Below are positions 40,072-47,158 of a stretch of 64,000 nucleotides of DNA, one piece after another. The translations under genes and the position numbers were made by a program. Position 1 is the stretch's first letter. Each line of letters begins with the position of its first letter. Below the pieces are notes generated by a model that worked only from the letters and a program-made list of their open reading frames with translations, made no database searches and was not told the DNA's origin. The DNA comes from Escherichia virus TH58. The stretch is taken from sequence record MT446423.1. One strand, written 5' to 3'.

Positions 40072-40101
40072 GTTTACAACATGGTGGAGTTGTGATACTA
40101 T
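40072..40101 (+). promoter_or_regulatory. T4 early-type promoter
   Basis: GTTTAC 40072-40077, TGa-TACTAT 40093-40101. Confidence 0.5.
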
Positions 40102-40129
40102 AACTCTACCAACAAATGAGGAAATAGAA

Positions 40130-40366
40130 ATGCTAAGTGAAAACCCAATTACAGTACACGAATTTCAGATTAAAGTAAAAGAATTTGCTCAAGCACTCAT
40201 CAATAAAGTGTCTGAACGTTTCCAAGATGCAACATTACGAGTTATTCAAGAATCTCCACGTTCTTTTCTCATAATCGTTAATCCTAAAGATGGTGACCAA
40301 ATTACTAATCTTAAATTAGGCAGTGATGGTCTTGTTGAAGCAACTCGAGTATACGGAACACTATAA
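40130..40366 (+). CDS. hypothetical protein (78 aa)
   Basis: ORF track; RBS GAGGAAA. Confidence 0.55.
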   Translation: MLSENPITVHEFQIKVKEFAQALINKVSERFQDATLRVIQESPRSFLIIVNPKDGDQITNLKLGSDGLVEATRVYGTL

Positions 40367-40486
40367 TGAGAGCTATCTCATTACTATCGAGAATGGTCAT
40401 AAATCTGAGCACTACCAACTTAGCCTGTCTAATCCGGTTAAAGGTATTGTTGAATCAGAATCTTTTTATATCTCCTAAGGATTGTT

Positions 40487-41479
40487 ATGTTACCTGTCGT
40501 CAGAAAACTTATTTCTCCAAAAGAACTGGCTGAGATTATTCCTTTGTCGGAAGCTTACGCATCACAAGTGGCTTCTCATCGCGAACAAGTTAATTCGATT
40601 ATGAATGGTGAAGACCCACGCAAACTTATTGTTGTAGGTCCTTGTTCAATTCATGACCCTATTGCTGCTGTTGAATACGGCAAACGACTGGCTGAACTTC
40701 AAACTCGTCTTCCTAATGTTCTGTTAGTGATGCGCGTTTATTTTGAAAAGCCTCGAACTACCGTAGGTTGGAAAGGTCTTGTAAATGATCCATATCTTGA
40801 CGGAAGCTTTGATATGAACCACGGTCTTATAGTTGCACGAACATTGTGTCGTAAACTTCTACGTATGGGACTTCCATTAGCAACTGAAGTATTAGACCCA
40901 TTCACGATTAAGTATCTTTCTGGTATTTTCTCATGGGTTGCTATTGGCGCCCGTACGACTGAAAGTCAGACACATCGTGAAATTGCTTCAGGTCTACCGA
41001 TGTGCGTAGGCTTCAAGAACGCAACTAATGGTTCTATTAAAGTAGCTACAGACGCGATGTATAGTGCCGCCTGGCCTCATCGGTATATGGGTATGGACGT
41101 CGATGGTACTGTAGGCATTGTTGAAGCTGAAGGTAATCAGAATACGCATATCGTATTGCGTGGCGGGACTAACGGCCCGAACTATCATTCTTCTGATATT
41201 CAAGAAGCTTCTAACAAAGCAAGTGCATTAGGTCTGAATCATTATGTAATGGTTGACTGTAGCCATGCAAACGCTGATGGGTATTATAGCAATCAAATTG
41301 GTATTGGTAAAAATTTAGCAGCTAATGATTTGGTCAAAGGAATTATGATAGAATCATTCCTACATGAAGGAAATCAAAAAATTTCTGATAATATGTCCTA
41401 TGGCGTTTCCATTACCGATGCGTGTATCAGTTGGGAACAAACTAAAGAGCTGTTAACTTATATTAATAAGGTTCAATAA
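40487..41479 (+). CDS. 3-deoxy-D-arabino-heptulosonate 7-phosphate (DAHP) synthase, AroG/AroF/AroH-type (class I-alpha)
   Basis: 330 aa; long blocks shared with recalled E. coli AroG: GPCSIHD, RVYFEKPRTTVGWKGL, GARTTESQTHRE, GFKNATNGSIKVA, HIVLRGG, CSHAN, HEGNQ, SITDACI. Confidence 0.85.
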   Translation: MLPVVRKLISPKELAEIIPLSEAYASQVASHREQVNSIMNGEDPRKLIVVGPCSIHDPIAAVEYGKRLAELQTRLPNVLLVMRVYFEKPRTTVGWKGLVNDPYLDGSFDMNHGLIVARTLCRKLLRMGLPLATEVLDPFTIKYLSGIFSWVAIGARTTESQTHREIASGLPMCVGFKNATNGSIKVATDAMYSAAWPHRYMGMDVDGTVGIVEAEGNQNTHIVLRGGTNGPNYHSSDIQEASNKASALGLNHYVMVDCSHANADGYYSNQIGIGKNLAANDLVKGIMIESFLHEGNQKISDNMSYGVSITDACISWEQTKELLTYINKVQ

Positions 41480-42060
41480 TGAAAGCTAGCACATATCTTC
41501 AAATTGCTTATTTGATTTCTCAAGAATCAAAATGTTGTTCATGGAAAGTTGGTGCCGTCATTGAAAAAGATGGACGCATTATCTCTACTGGATATAATGG
41601 TTCACCGGCCGGTGGCGTTAACTGTTGTGAACATGCATCTGAAAATGGTTGGTTGAAGAATAAACCAAGCCCGGTCATCGTTGCTGGCCATAAAGAAGGC
41701 ACTACAGCATTTGGACGGGTAGATAATTTTGTTTTAGCTAAAGAACATCGGGCCGCTCATAGTGCATGGTCTGCTAATAATGAAATCCATGCAGAATTGA
41801 ATGCAATTTTGTTTGCAGCTCGTAAAGGTAATTCTATTGAAGGTGCTACGTTATATACGACGCTTTCCCCATGTCCTGATTGCACTAAAGCTATTACGCA
41901 GTCAGGTATTAAAAAGGTTGTATACGCAGAATTATACGATCGATCTCCTGAAAATTGGGCAGACATTCTAAAACAAGCAGGTATTGAAGTAATTCAGTAC
42001 TCTCGTAATAATCTTCGTTCTCTGAATTGGGAACAAATTCGAAACTTTTGTGGTGAATAA
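41479..42060 (+). CDS. cd: dCMP deaminase
   Basis: 193 aa; near-identical to recalled T4 Cd (SQESKCCSWKVGAVIEK, HAELNAILFAAR, SPCPDC); start overlaps DAHP synthase stop (TAATG). Confidence 0.93.
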   Translation: MKASTYLQIAYLISQESKCCSWKVGAVIEKDGRIISTGYNGSPAGGVNCCEHASENGWLKNKPSPVIVAGHKEGTTAFGRVDNFVLAKEHRAAHSAWSANNEIHAELNAILFAARKGNSIEGATLYTTLSPCPDCTKAITQSGIKKVVYAELYDRSPENWADILKQAGIEVIQYSRNNLRSLNWEQIRNFCGE

Positions 42061-42061
42061 T

Positions 42062-42358
42062 ATGATTTTAACTGAACAAGAAACTATGGTTCTTCGTGAA
42101 CGTATTAAAACTATTCTGTCTGTAGGCGTTCATTGTGTTGTATTTGAAAAGGCTAACGGCGAGGTACGCACCATGTTTGCTTCGCGCGATGAACTTGAAG
42201 TCAAATATGAAAATAACAATCCAGCAACAGAAGTTCGTTATGAACCTCGTGAATCAGTTCGAGCATTCGATACCAAGTTAGGTCAGTGGCGTTCTTTCCG
42301 CCTTGATAAAGTAATTTCGGTTGATGGTACTCCGGTAGAACGTTTGCTTCTTATGTAA
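42062..42358 (+). CDS. hypothetical protein (98 aa)
   Basis: Track ORF 42050-42358 trimmed to ATG 42062. Confidence 0.5.
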   Translation: MILTEQETMVLRERIKTILSVGVHCVVFEKANGEVRTMFASRDELEVKYENNNPATEVRYEPRESVRAFDTKLGQWRSFRLDKVISVDGTPVERLLLM

Positions 42359-42360
42359 TA

Positions 42361-42385
42361 TGCTTTACGAATAGTATGGTATTAT
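42361..42385 (+). promoter_or_regulatory. candidate MotA-dependent middle promoter upstream of gene 31
   Basis: MotA-box-like TGCTTTA 42361-42367, 12-nt spacer, TATTAT 42380-42385. Confidence 0.45.
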
Positions 42386-42415
42386 TAATCTATCGTCAAA
42401 TAACAAGGAAATAAG

Positions 42416-42748
42416 ATGTCTGAAGTACAACTCCCAATTCGTGCTGTTGGTGAATATGTCATTCTGGTTTCTGAACCCGCTCAAGCAGGTGATGAAGAAG
42501 TTACCGAATCAGGACTTGTGATTGGTAAACGTGTTCAAGGTGAAGTTCCTGAACTATGTGTAGTTCATTCTGTAGGTCCTGATGTTCCTGAAGGTTTTGT
42601 TGAAGTCGGTGATTTGACTCCACTGCCAGTTGGACAAATTCGAAATGTTCCACATCCATTTGTGGCTTTGGGACTTAAACAACCTAAAGAAATTAAACAG
42701 AAATTCGTAACATGCCACTATAAAGCTATTCCATGTCTTTATAAGTGA
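42416..42748 (+). CDS. 31: co-chaperonin gp31 (GroES analogue)
   Basis: 110 aa; near-identical to recalled T4 gp31 ([29 protein letters not shown] ... [11 protein letters not shown]). Confidence 0.93.
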   Translation: MSEVQLPIRAVGEYVILVSEPAQAGDEEVTESGLVIGKRVQGEVPELCVVHSVGPDVPEGFVEVGDLTPLPVGQIRNVPHPFVALGLKQPKEIKQKFVTCHYKAIPCLYK

Positions 42749-42756
42749 TATAAATA
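42749..42756 (+). promoter_or_regulatory. late promoter TATAAATA upstream of rIII
   Basis: Exact TATAAATA immediately after gene 31 stop. Confidence 0.45.
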
Positions 42757-42872
42757 ACTATATGAAGAGAACACTCTTCTAAGCGGTAGCCTACAACTGA
42801 GAGACTTGTCGAAAGAAGGTGAAATTCAGACGAACGTGGCTACTAAATATTATCTCGAATTGAGAATTTAAA

Positions 42873-43121
42873 ATGATTAAACAATTACAACACGCTCTCG
42901 AACTGCAACGCAACGCATGGAATAACGGTCATGAAAACTACGGTGCATCTATTGATGTTGAAGCCGAAGCTCTTGAAATCTTACAGTATTTCAAACATCT
43001 GAATCCAGCACAAGCCGATCTTCGCGATATCCTGGTCCAGAAAGATGAATTGAAATATGCTAAGCCTCTGGCTTCTGCAGCACGTAAAGCAGTTCGTCAT
43101 TTTGTTATTACCCTGAAGTAA
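42873..43121 (+). CDS. rIII: lysis-inhibition accessory protein RIII
   Basis: 82 aa, same as T4 RIII; position between 31 and 30.x genes. Confidence 0.8.
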   Translation: MIKQLQHALELQRNAWNNGHENYGASIDVEAEALEILQYFKHLNPAQADLRDILVQKDELKYAKPLASAARKAVRHFVITLK

Positions 43122-43148
43122 GTTAAATCGAGGAGCCGTCGAACTGTT

Positions 43149-43177
43149 TGATTAATGATTTGCGAATCATTATAGTT
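43149..43177 (+). promoter_or_regulatory. sigma70-like promoter TTGATT-N17-TATAGT with palindrome AATGATT-tgcg-AATCATT in spacer
   Basis: Read directly; lies in unusually long 264-bp non-coding stretch. Confidence 0.4.
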
Positions 43178-43385
43178 TTAAGACCTCAACAGTTTTACGG
43201 TGTACCTCTTGAATGTATTTTGTACTATCACGCGTCAGAAAAAGGTTATCTGTCTAAGTCGTGGTCGGTATGATGACGGGTTTATGGTTATCCTGTCGTT
43301 AAATATCCAAAAACCTATGTTCCCCTCGAGGGCTTGCGCAGGCAATGTCAATAAGTCCTGCATTTTCATTTAAAGAGAATTTATA

Positions 43386-43565
43386 ATGGCAAAACAAGCT
43401 AAAGCAAAGAAAGCAGTTGAAAAGAAAGTTGATGGTACCTCTAAACGCGCTGGATACAAGCGTGGGTCGAACTCTCGTATTAATCAAACAGTTGAGAAGA
43501 TCATGCGCAGAGCACGTGCAGTTCTTCGAGATGATGCTTCTCGTTTTGGAAAGGTTGTTGCATAA
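43386..43565 (+). CDS. small basic protein, 59 aa (MAKQAKAKKAVEKKVDGTSKRAGYKRGS...)
   Basis: Not in ORF track; ends 5 nt before a strong terminator; preferred over track ORF 43417-43602, which reads through that terminator. Confidence 0.45.
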   Translation: MAKQAKAKKAVEKKVDGTSKRAGYKRGSNSRINQTVEKIMRRARAVLRDDASRFGKVVA

Positions 43566-43570
43566 TTTTA

Positions 43571-43593
43571 GGGAGACCGAAGTCTCCCTTTTG
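43571..43593 (+). terminator. rho-independent terminator (GGGAGACCGAAGTCTCCC + TTTT)
   Basis: Perfect 7-bp stem and T-run. Confidence 0.7.
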
Positions 43594-43625
43594 TGCGTTT
43601 AGGGCAGAAAAAGTTTAAAAAAGAT

Positions 43626-43654
43626 GTTTACTCTCCTGTAGGATGTGTTACTAT
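43626..43654 (+). promoter_or_regulatory. T4 early-type promoter
   Basis: GTTTAC 43626-43631, TGt-TACTAT 43646-43654. Confidence 0.5.
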
Positions 43655-43695
43655 AGACTTGTACCACCTAATCAATAAAACAATCGGAGAATAAA

Positions 43696-44064
43696 ATGAA
43701 AATCAATCTGAACTCATACATCAAATGTAAAGACCACGATGGTTATAAAGCTATCGAAATTAAAGAATTCCAGTGGATGTTATACAAAGAGCAATTTGAG
43801 TTCGTAGGTTGTATGACACCTGAAGGTCCTTCAGATGATTTCTCTTGGAAAATTGTGTTAGCAAACTTTTTCACAGGTGACACATACGAATTAAAAACTA
43901 TTATTACCGGTAAAATTCGTTCAGAAACATATGTTGACGAAGAAACTGGTTACTCTGAAGATGTTACATGGTATCAAAATGGACGCATTACAGCAGATAA
44001 CCTGATCGAAAAAATGAAAGCCAAAGGTGTTTTAAATTTAGACAATTGGATTAAAGTTGCATAA
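43696..44064 (+). CDS. hypothetical protein (122 aa)
   Basis: ORF track; RBS GGAGAA. Confidence 0.6.
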   Translation: MKINLNSYIKCKDHDGYKAIEIKEFQWMLYKEQFEFVGCMTPEGPSDDFSWKIVLANFFTGDTYELKTIITGKIRSETYVDEETGYSEDVTWYQNGRITADNLIEKMKAKGVLNLDNWIKVA

Positions 44065-44068
44065 AACA

Positions 44069-44108
44069 GTTTACTTTGGTACAGGTTATGTTATTATAGA
44101 CCTGTACC
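44069..44108 (+). promoter_or_regulatory. early-type promoter; -10 region bracketed by 8-bp inverted repeat GGTACAGG / CCTGTACC
   Basis: GTTTAC 44069-44074, TATTAT 44092-44097, inverted repeat 44078-44085 / 44101-44108. Confidence 0.45.
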
Positions 44109-44138
44109 AACAAACAACTTAAACATCTGGAGAATAAA

Positions 44139-44504
44139 ATGAACTACACCAACTTCGAACGTAAATATGTTTCTAACGGTATCGCTGGTTCTATTGATAC
44201 GATTTGTTTATGGAAACATAAAAATGGTTCAGTATGTGAAATTGAGCAGTATATGACTCCTAATTACGTTTATATGCGATTTGAAAATGGCATCACGGTT
44301 TCAGTCACAATGGAAGGTTCCAACTTCAAAATTGCATTAGATGACGATTTCCGTCAACGTGATTTAGGTACTCATCCTTGCTGGAACGGTGTTAATCGTA
44401 AACTTCTGGTTAAAACTTGGATTCGTCATATCCTGAGTAACCGAGCTAAACCTGAACATCTCGAAGCAATCTTTGATGTAGTTCTTAACGAATTCGATAT
44501 CTAA
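44139..44504 (+). CDS. hypothetical protein (121 aa)
   Basis: ORF track; RBS GGAGAA. Confidence 0.6.
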   Translation: MNYTNFERKYVSNGIAGSIDTICLWKHKNGSVCEIEQYMTPNYVYMRFENGITVSVTMEGSNFKIALDDDFRQRDLGTHPCWNGVNRKLLVKTWIRHILSNRAKPEHLEAIFDVVLNEFDI

Positions 44505-44510
44505 TTTAAC

Positions 44511-44528
44511 TGGGAGCCGAAGCTCCCA
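44511..44528 (+). other. RNA hairpin TGGGAGCCGAAGCTCCCA without U-tract
   Basis: Perfect 7-bp stem with 4-nt loop, followed by GAGGAAATT-ATG of next gene rather than a T-run. Confidence 0.4.
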
Positions 44529-44539
44529 GTGAGGAAATT

Positions 44540-45154
44540 ATGTTTAAAGTTAATACTTTTTATAAAATGAATTTTAAAAATGGGGATATTACTCCACGCC
44601 TTAAAAACATGTTCTCATATGACCTTATTGAGCCTTTTGAAGTTTTAGAAGTTACTGATGCCGGCTCGGTTTGTGAAATTAGAACTTCTGAAGGTAAAAT
44701 TTATCAGGCAGGTGTTGGTAAATTTAGTAATTGTTTTACTTTAATATTCTCGACCGATTTAGATGAGCATTTTATTGAATGTCCTAACCCTAAGGTCTAC
44801 GAAGTTCCACATCAAGAAACTAAGAAAAACGGCCCGCACGAATATACGAAGGTTGAAACTCCTCACGGCGTGATGTGGCGTCATAACTCTCCTTTTGGAA
44901 GTAAAGGAACATTTGCTCAACCATCTAAACCGTATGACGATGAAAAATACATCGTCGTCTTTTTATCTGAACAGGGTACTCAAGACCGTGGATGCCAACG
45001 AAGTGGTTTACTAAGTGAACTTGAAGCTCATAACCAAGCACGTGAATTCGTTGAGAAAAATCCTGGTTCTGAAGCTCTAGTCATGAAAGCAATTACTCAA
45101 TATATCACTGCTCAACCTGTTGTTCATCCGGTAGAAATTAATTTCGTTAAGTAG
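44540..45154 (+). CDS. hypothetical protein (204 aa)
   Basis: ORF track. Confidence 0.6.
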   Translation: MFKVNTFYKMNFKNGDITPRLKNMFSYDLIEPFEVLEVTDAGSVCEIRTSEGKIYQAGVGKFSNCFTLIFSTDLDEHFIECPNPKVYEVPHQETKKNGPHEYTKVETPHGVMWRHNSPFGSKGTFAQPSKPYDDEKYIVVFLSEQGTQDRGCQRSGLLSELEAHNQAREFVEKNPGSEALVMKAITQYITAQPVVHPVEINFVK

Positions 45155-45183
45155 TTTACATCCAAGGACGGATTAGAGTATAA
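45153..45183 (+). promoter_or_regulatory. possible early promoter (GTTTAC ... TATAAT, 19-nt spacer)
   Basis: GTTTAC 45153-45158, TATAAT 45178-45183; spacing non-optimal. Confidence 0.3.
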
Positions 45184-45207
45184 TGATTTCTTTAGTAAGT
45201 GGAAAAT

Positions 45208-45405
45208 ATGAAATTTTTAATAGCACAAACAGTCCAATTAAAAGGTGTTGGAATCCCTGGGATGATTTTTAAAGTTCTCCATGAATTTAAAACCGCTGCT
45301 GGAATTATCAATGAAGCGTATGCTGTTCAATGGGTTGATGGGACTTCTGACATACGTATGGGTAAAGAGTTATCTCCTATTAAAGGGTTGAAACATGTTG
45401 AATAA
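45208..45405 (+). CDS. hypothetical protein (65 aa)
   Basis: Track ORF 45199-45405 begins at GTG; trimmed to ATG 45208. Confidence 0.45.
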   Translation: MKFLIAQTVQLKGVGIPGMIFKVLHEFKTAAGIINEAYAVQWVDGTSDIRMGKELSPIKGLKHVE

Positions 45406-45607
45406 ATTAATCCAGAAATTTTTTGGTACGGAAATGATTGAAGTTACGTATCGTGTGACTGATGTAAGCCCGTGGGCCCGAAAAGTTGAACCATATACTA
45501 AAACAATTAAAATGCTGAAATATGACGGTGGATTATCTATCAAAGACCGTCTACCGGCTTATGGACATTGGGCTGATGTTGAAATTATAAGTGTTAAAGA
45601 TGTCTGA
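45395..45607 (+). CDS. hypothetical protein (70 aa)
   Basis: ORF track. Confidence 0.5.
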   Translation: MLNKLIQKFFGTEMIEVTYRVTDVSPWARKVEPYTKTIKMLKYDGGLSIKDRLPAYGHWADVEIISVKDV

Positions 45608-46058
45608 GTTAGAGATTAGAAGCAATTTTAGATGGCCGTCATGTGCATTAAGTAACTTTGCTCAATGGCCTTTTGTTATGGATGGTATTCAATTCGGAGG
45701 TCTTGAAGGATTTCTCCAAGGATGTAAGGTGAAAAATGTTGAACAACAAAAACGTATATTTGGGTTGTCTGGATTGGCTGCACAGCAAGCTGGAAGGTCT
45801 TATGCAAGAGCTCAGGACCGTGGGACTCTCTTCTGGTTAGGAGTTCCATTTTCAAGATACTCCGAAGCGTGGAAAGAATTATACACAAATGCATATTTTG
45901 AAGCCGCGATCCAAAATAAGGGGTTTCGTGATGCCTTACAAGCCTCTAAAGGAAAAATTTTGAAGCACAGCATGGCCAGCCATCTAACAAAAGATGATAC
46001 AATATTAACCGAAGCCGAATTTATTGATGTGTTAAACCTATTAAGAGACTCTTTATGA
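45600..46058 (+). CDS. NADAR / YbiA-like domain protein
   Basis: Track ORF 45591-46058 (GTG) trimmed to ATG 45600; SNFAQWPFVMDGIQF resembles E. coli YbiA core SNFAAWPIKVDGKTW. Confidence 0.55.
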   Translation: MSELEIRSNFRWPSCALSNFAQWPFVMDGIQFGGLEGFLQGCKVKNVEQQKRIFGLSGLAAQQAGRSYARAQDRGTLFWLGVPFSRYSEAWKELYTNAYFEAAIQNKGFRDALQASKGKILKHSMASHLTKDDTILTEAEFIDVLNLLRDSL

Positions 46059-46879
46059 AACCTACTATTTTGACTGATATTGATGGTGTATGTTTAAGCT
46101 GGCAATCTGGACTTCCTTATTTTGCCCAAAAATATAATCTTCCATTAGAACATATTTTAAAAATGATTCAGGACGAAAAATTTATTTCTCCTGGTAAACT
46201 ATTCAATACCGATGATAACCTTGGTAAACAATTAATAGAAAAATATAATAGCTCTGATTTTATTCGTTACTTAGCGCCTTATTCAGATGCTCTTCGAGTT
46301 ATCAATAAACTAAAAGAAGACTATAATTTTGTAGCCGTGACGGCGCTAGGTGATTCAATTGATGCTCGATTGAATAGACAATTTAATTTGAATGCTTTGT
46401 TCCCAGGCGCCTTTTCTGAAGTAATGATGTGTGGACATGATTCTTCAAAGGAACAATTATTCGAACTAGCTAAAACAAAATATAACGTGATTTGTTACGT
46501 TGACGATTTAGCTCATCACTGTGACCATGCAGCAGAAATTCTTAATGTACCGATTTATTGGTTGGCTCGTGGTGAACGTGATGATATTCCTCGCGCTGCA
46601 CAACGTGTACACACGTGGGATGATATTGAATCTCGTTTGGTTCCACCAGAGCATAATTCAGATTCAGATCGTGAAGACCTTTTAAAACGATTGGCGGATT
46701 TGCTTAAAGAATCTGGTGCAACAAGTCCAGGTGCATGGCCTAATCAAATTGGTGGCCCCTCGACAACACGTACTCCATATACCTGGCGAACCCCAGGACC
46801 AACTGATATGCAGCCGTGGTGGACGATTCAAAACTTTCCTTTAGATTCGTCTAAATGGACTTGGTCTATAAATTGTTAA
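46055..46879 (+). CDS. HAD-superfamily hydrolase-like protein with atypical Pro/Trp/Thr-rich C-terminal tail
   Basis: 274 aa; HAD motif I ILTDIDGV at N-terminus; C-terminal 60 aa low-complexity. Confidence 0.5.
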   Translation: MKPTILTDIDGVCLSWQSGLPYFAQKYNLPLEHILKMIQDEKFISPGKLFNTDDNLGKQLIEKYNSSDFIRYLAPYSDALRVINKLKEDYNFVAVTALGDSIDARLNRQFNLNALFPGAFSEVMMCGHDSSKEQLFELAKTKYNVICYVDDLAHHCDHAAEILNVPIYWLARGERDDIPRAAQRVHTWDDIESRLVPPEHNSDSDREDLLKRLADLLKESGATSPGAWPNQIGGPSTTRTPYTWRTPGPTDMQPWWTIQNFPLDSSKWTWSINC

Positions 46880-46888
46880 GGGTTAATT

Positions 46889-47158
46889 ATGTTTGTAGTT
46901 CATGATATTACAGATGGCAAAAACACCACACGTGACTACGGTCACGTTAACATGTTCTTTCGAGACTGGCCATTGTTTCGTTCAGTAAAAGACGCAGAAA
47001 TATTTAAAGAGTGTGTTGAACAAGGGTTCATCTACATTTCAGAATACTATGTTGAAGGACTCGGTAAATGGATTACCACTTATCAGAAAACGCTGAAATC
47101 GCTTCTAGATGAAGTGGCTTATAATAGAACCGTAACCAAAATCGAGGACATCAAATGA
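46889..47158 (+). CDS. hypothetical protein (89 aa)
   Basis: ORF track. Confidence 0.55.
   Translation: MFVVHDITDGKNTTRDYGHVNMFFRDWPLFRSVKDAEIFKECVEQGFIYISEYYVEGLGKWITTYQKTLKSLLDEVAYNRTVTKIEDIK

Noticed and set aside
40366-40533. 55-codon ORF overlapping the 5' end of the DAHP synthase gene in another frame
   Set aside because: No RBS, a 47-nt out-of-frame overlap with a well-supported gene, and low-complexity translation
43440-43470. tRNA T-arm-like sequence GGGTCGAACTC
   Set aside because: It lies inside the 59-aa ORF with no acceptor or anticodon stems nearby; no tRNA cloverleaf could be built anywhere in the window
43417-43602. Track ORF of 61 aa
   Set aside because: It reads straight through the terminator hairpin 43571-43593 and lacks an RBS; the alternative frame 43386-43565 ends just before the terminator and is preferred
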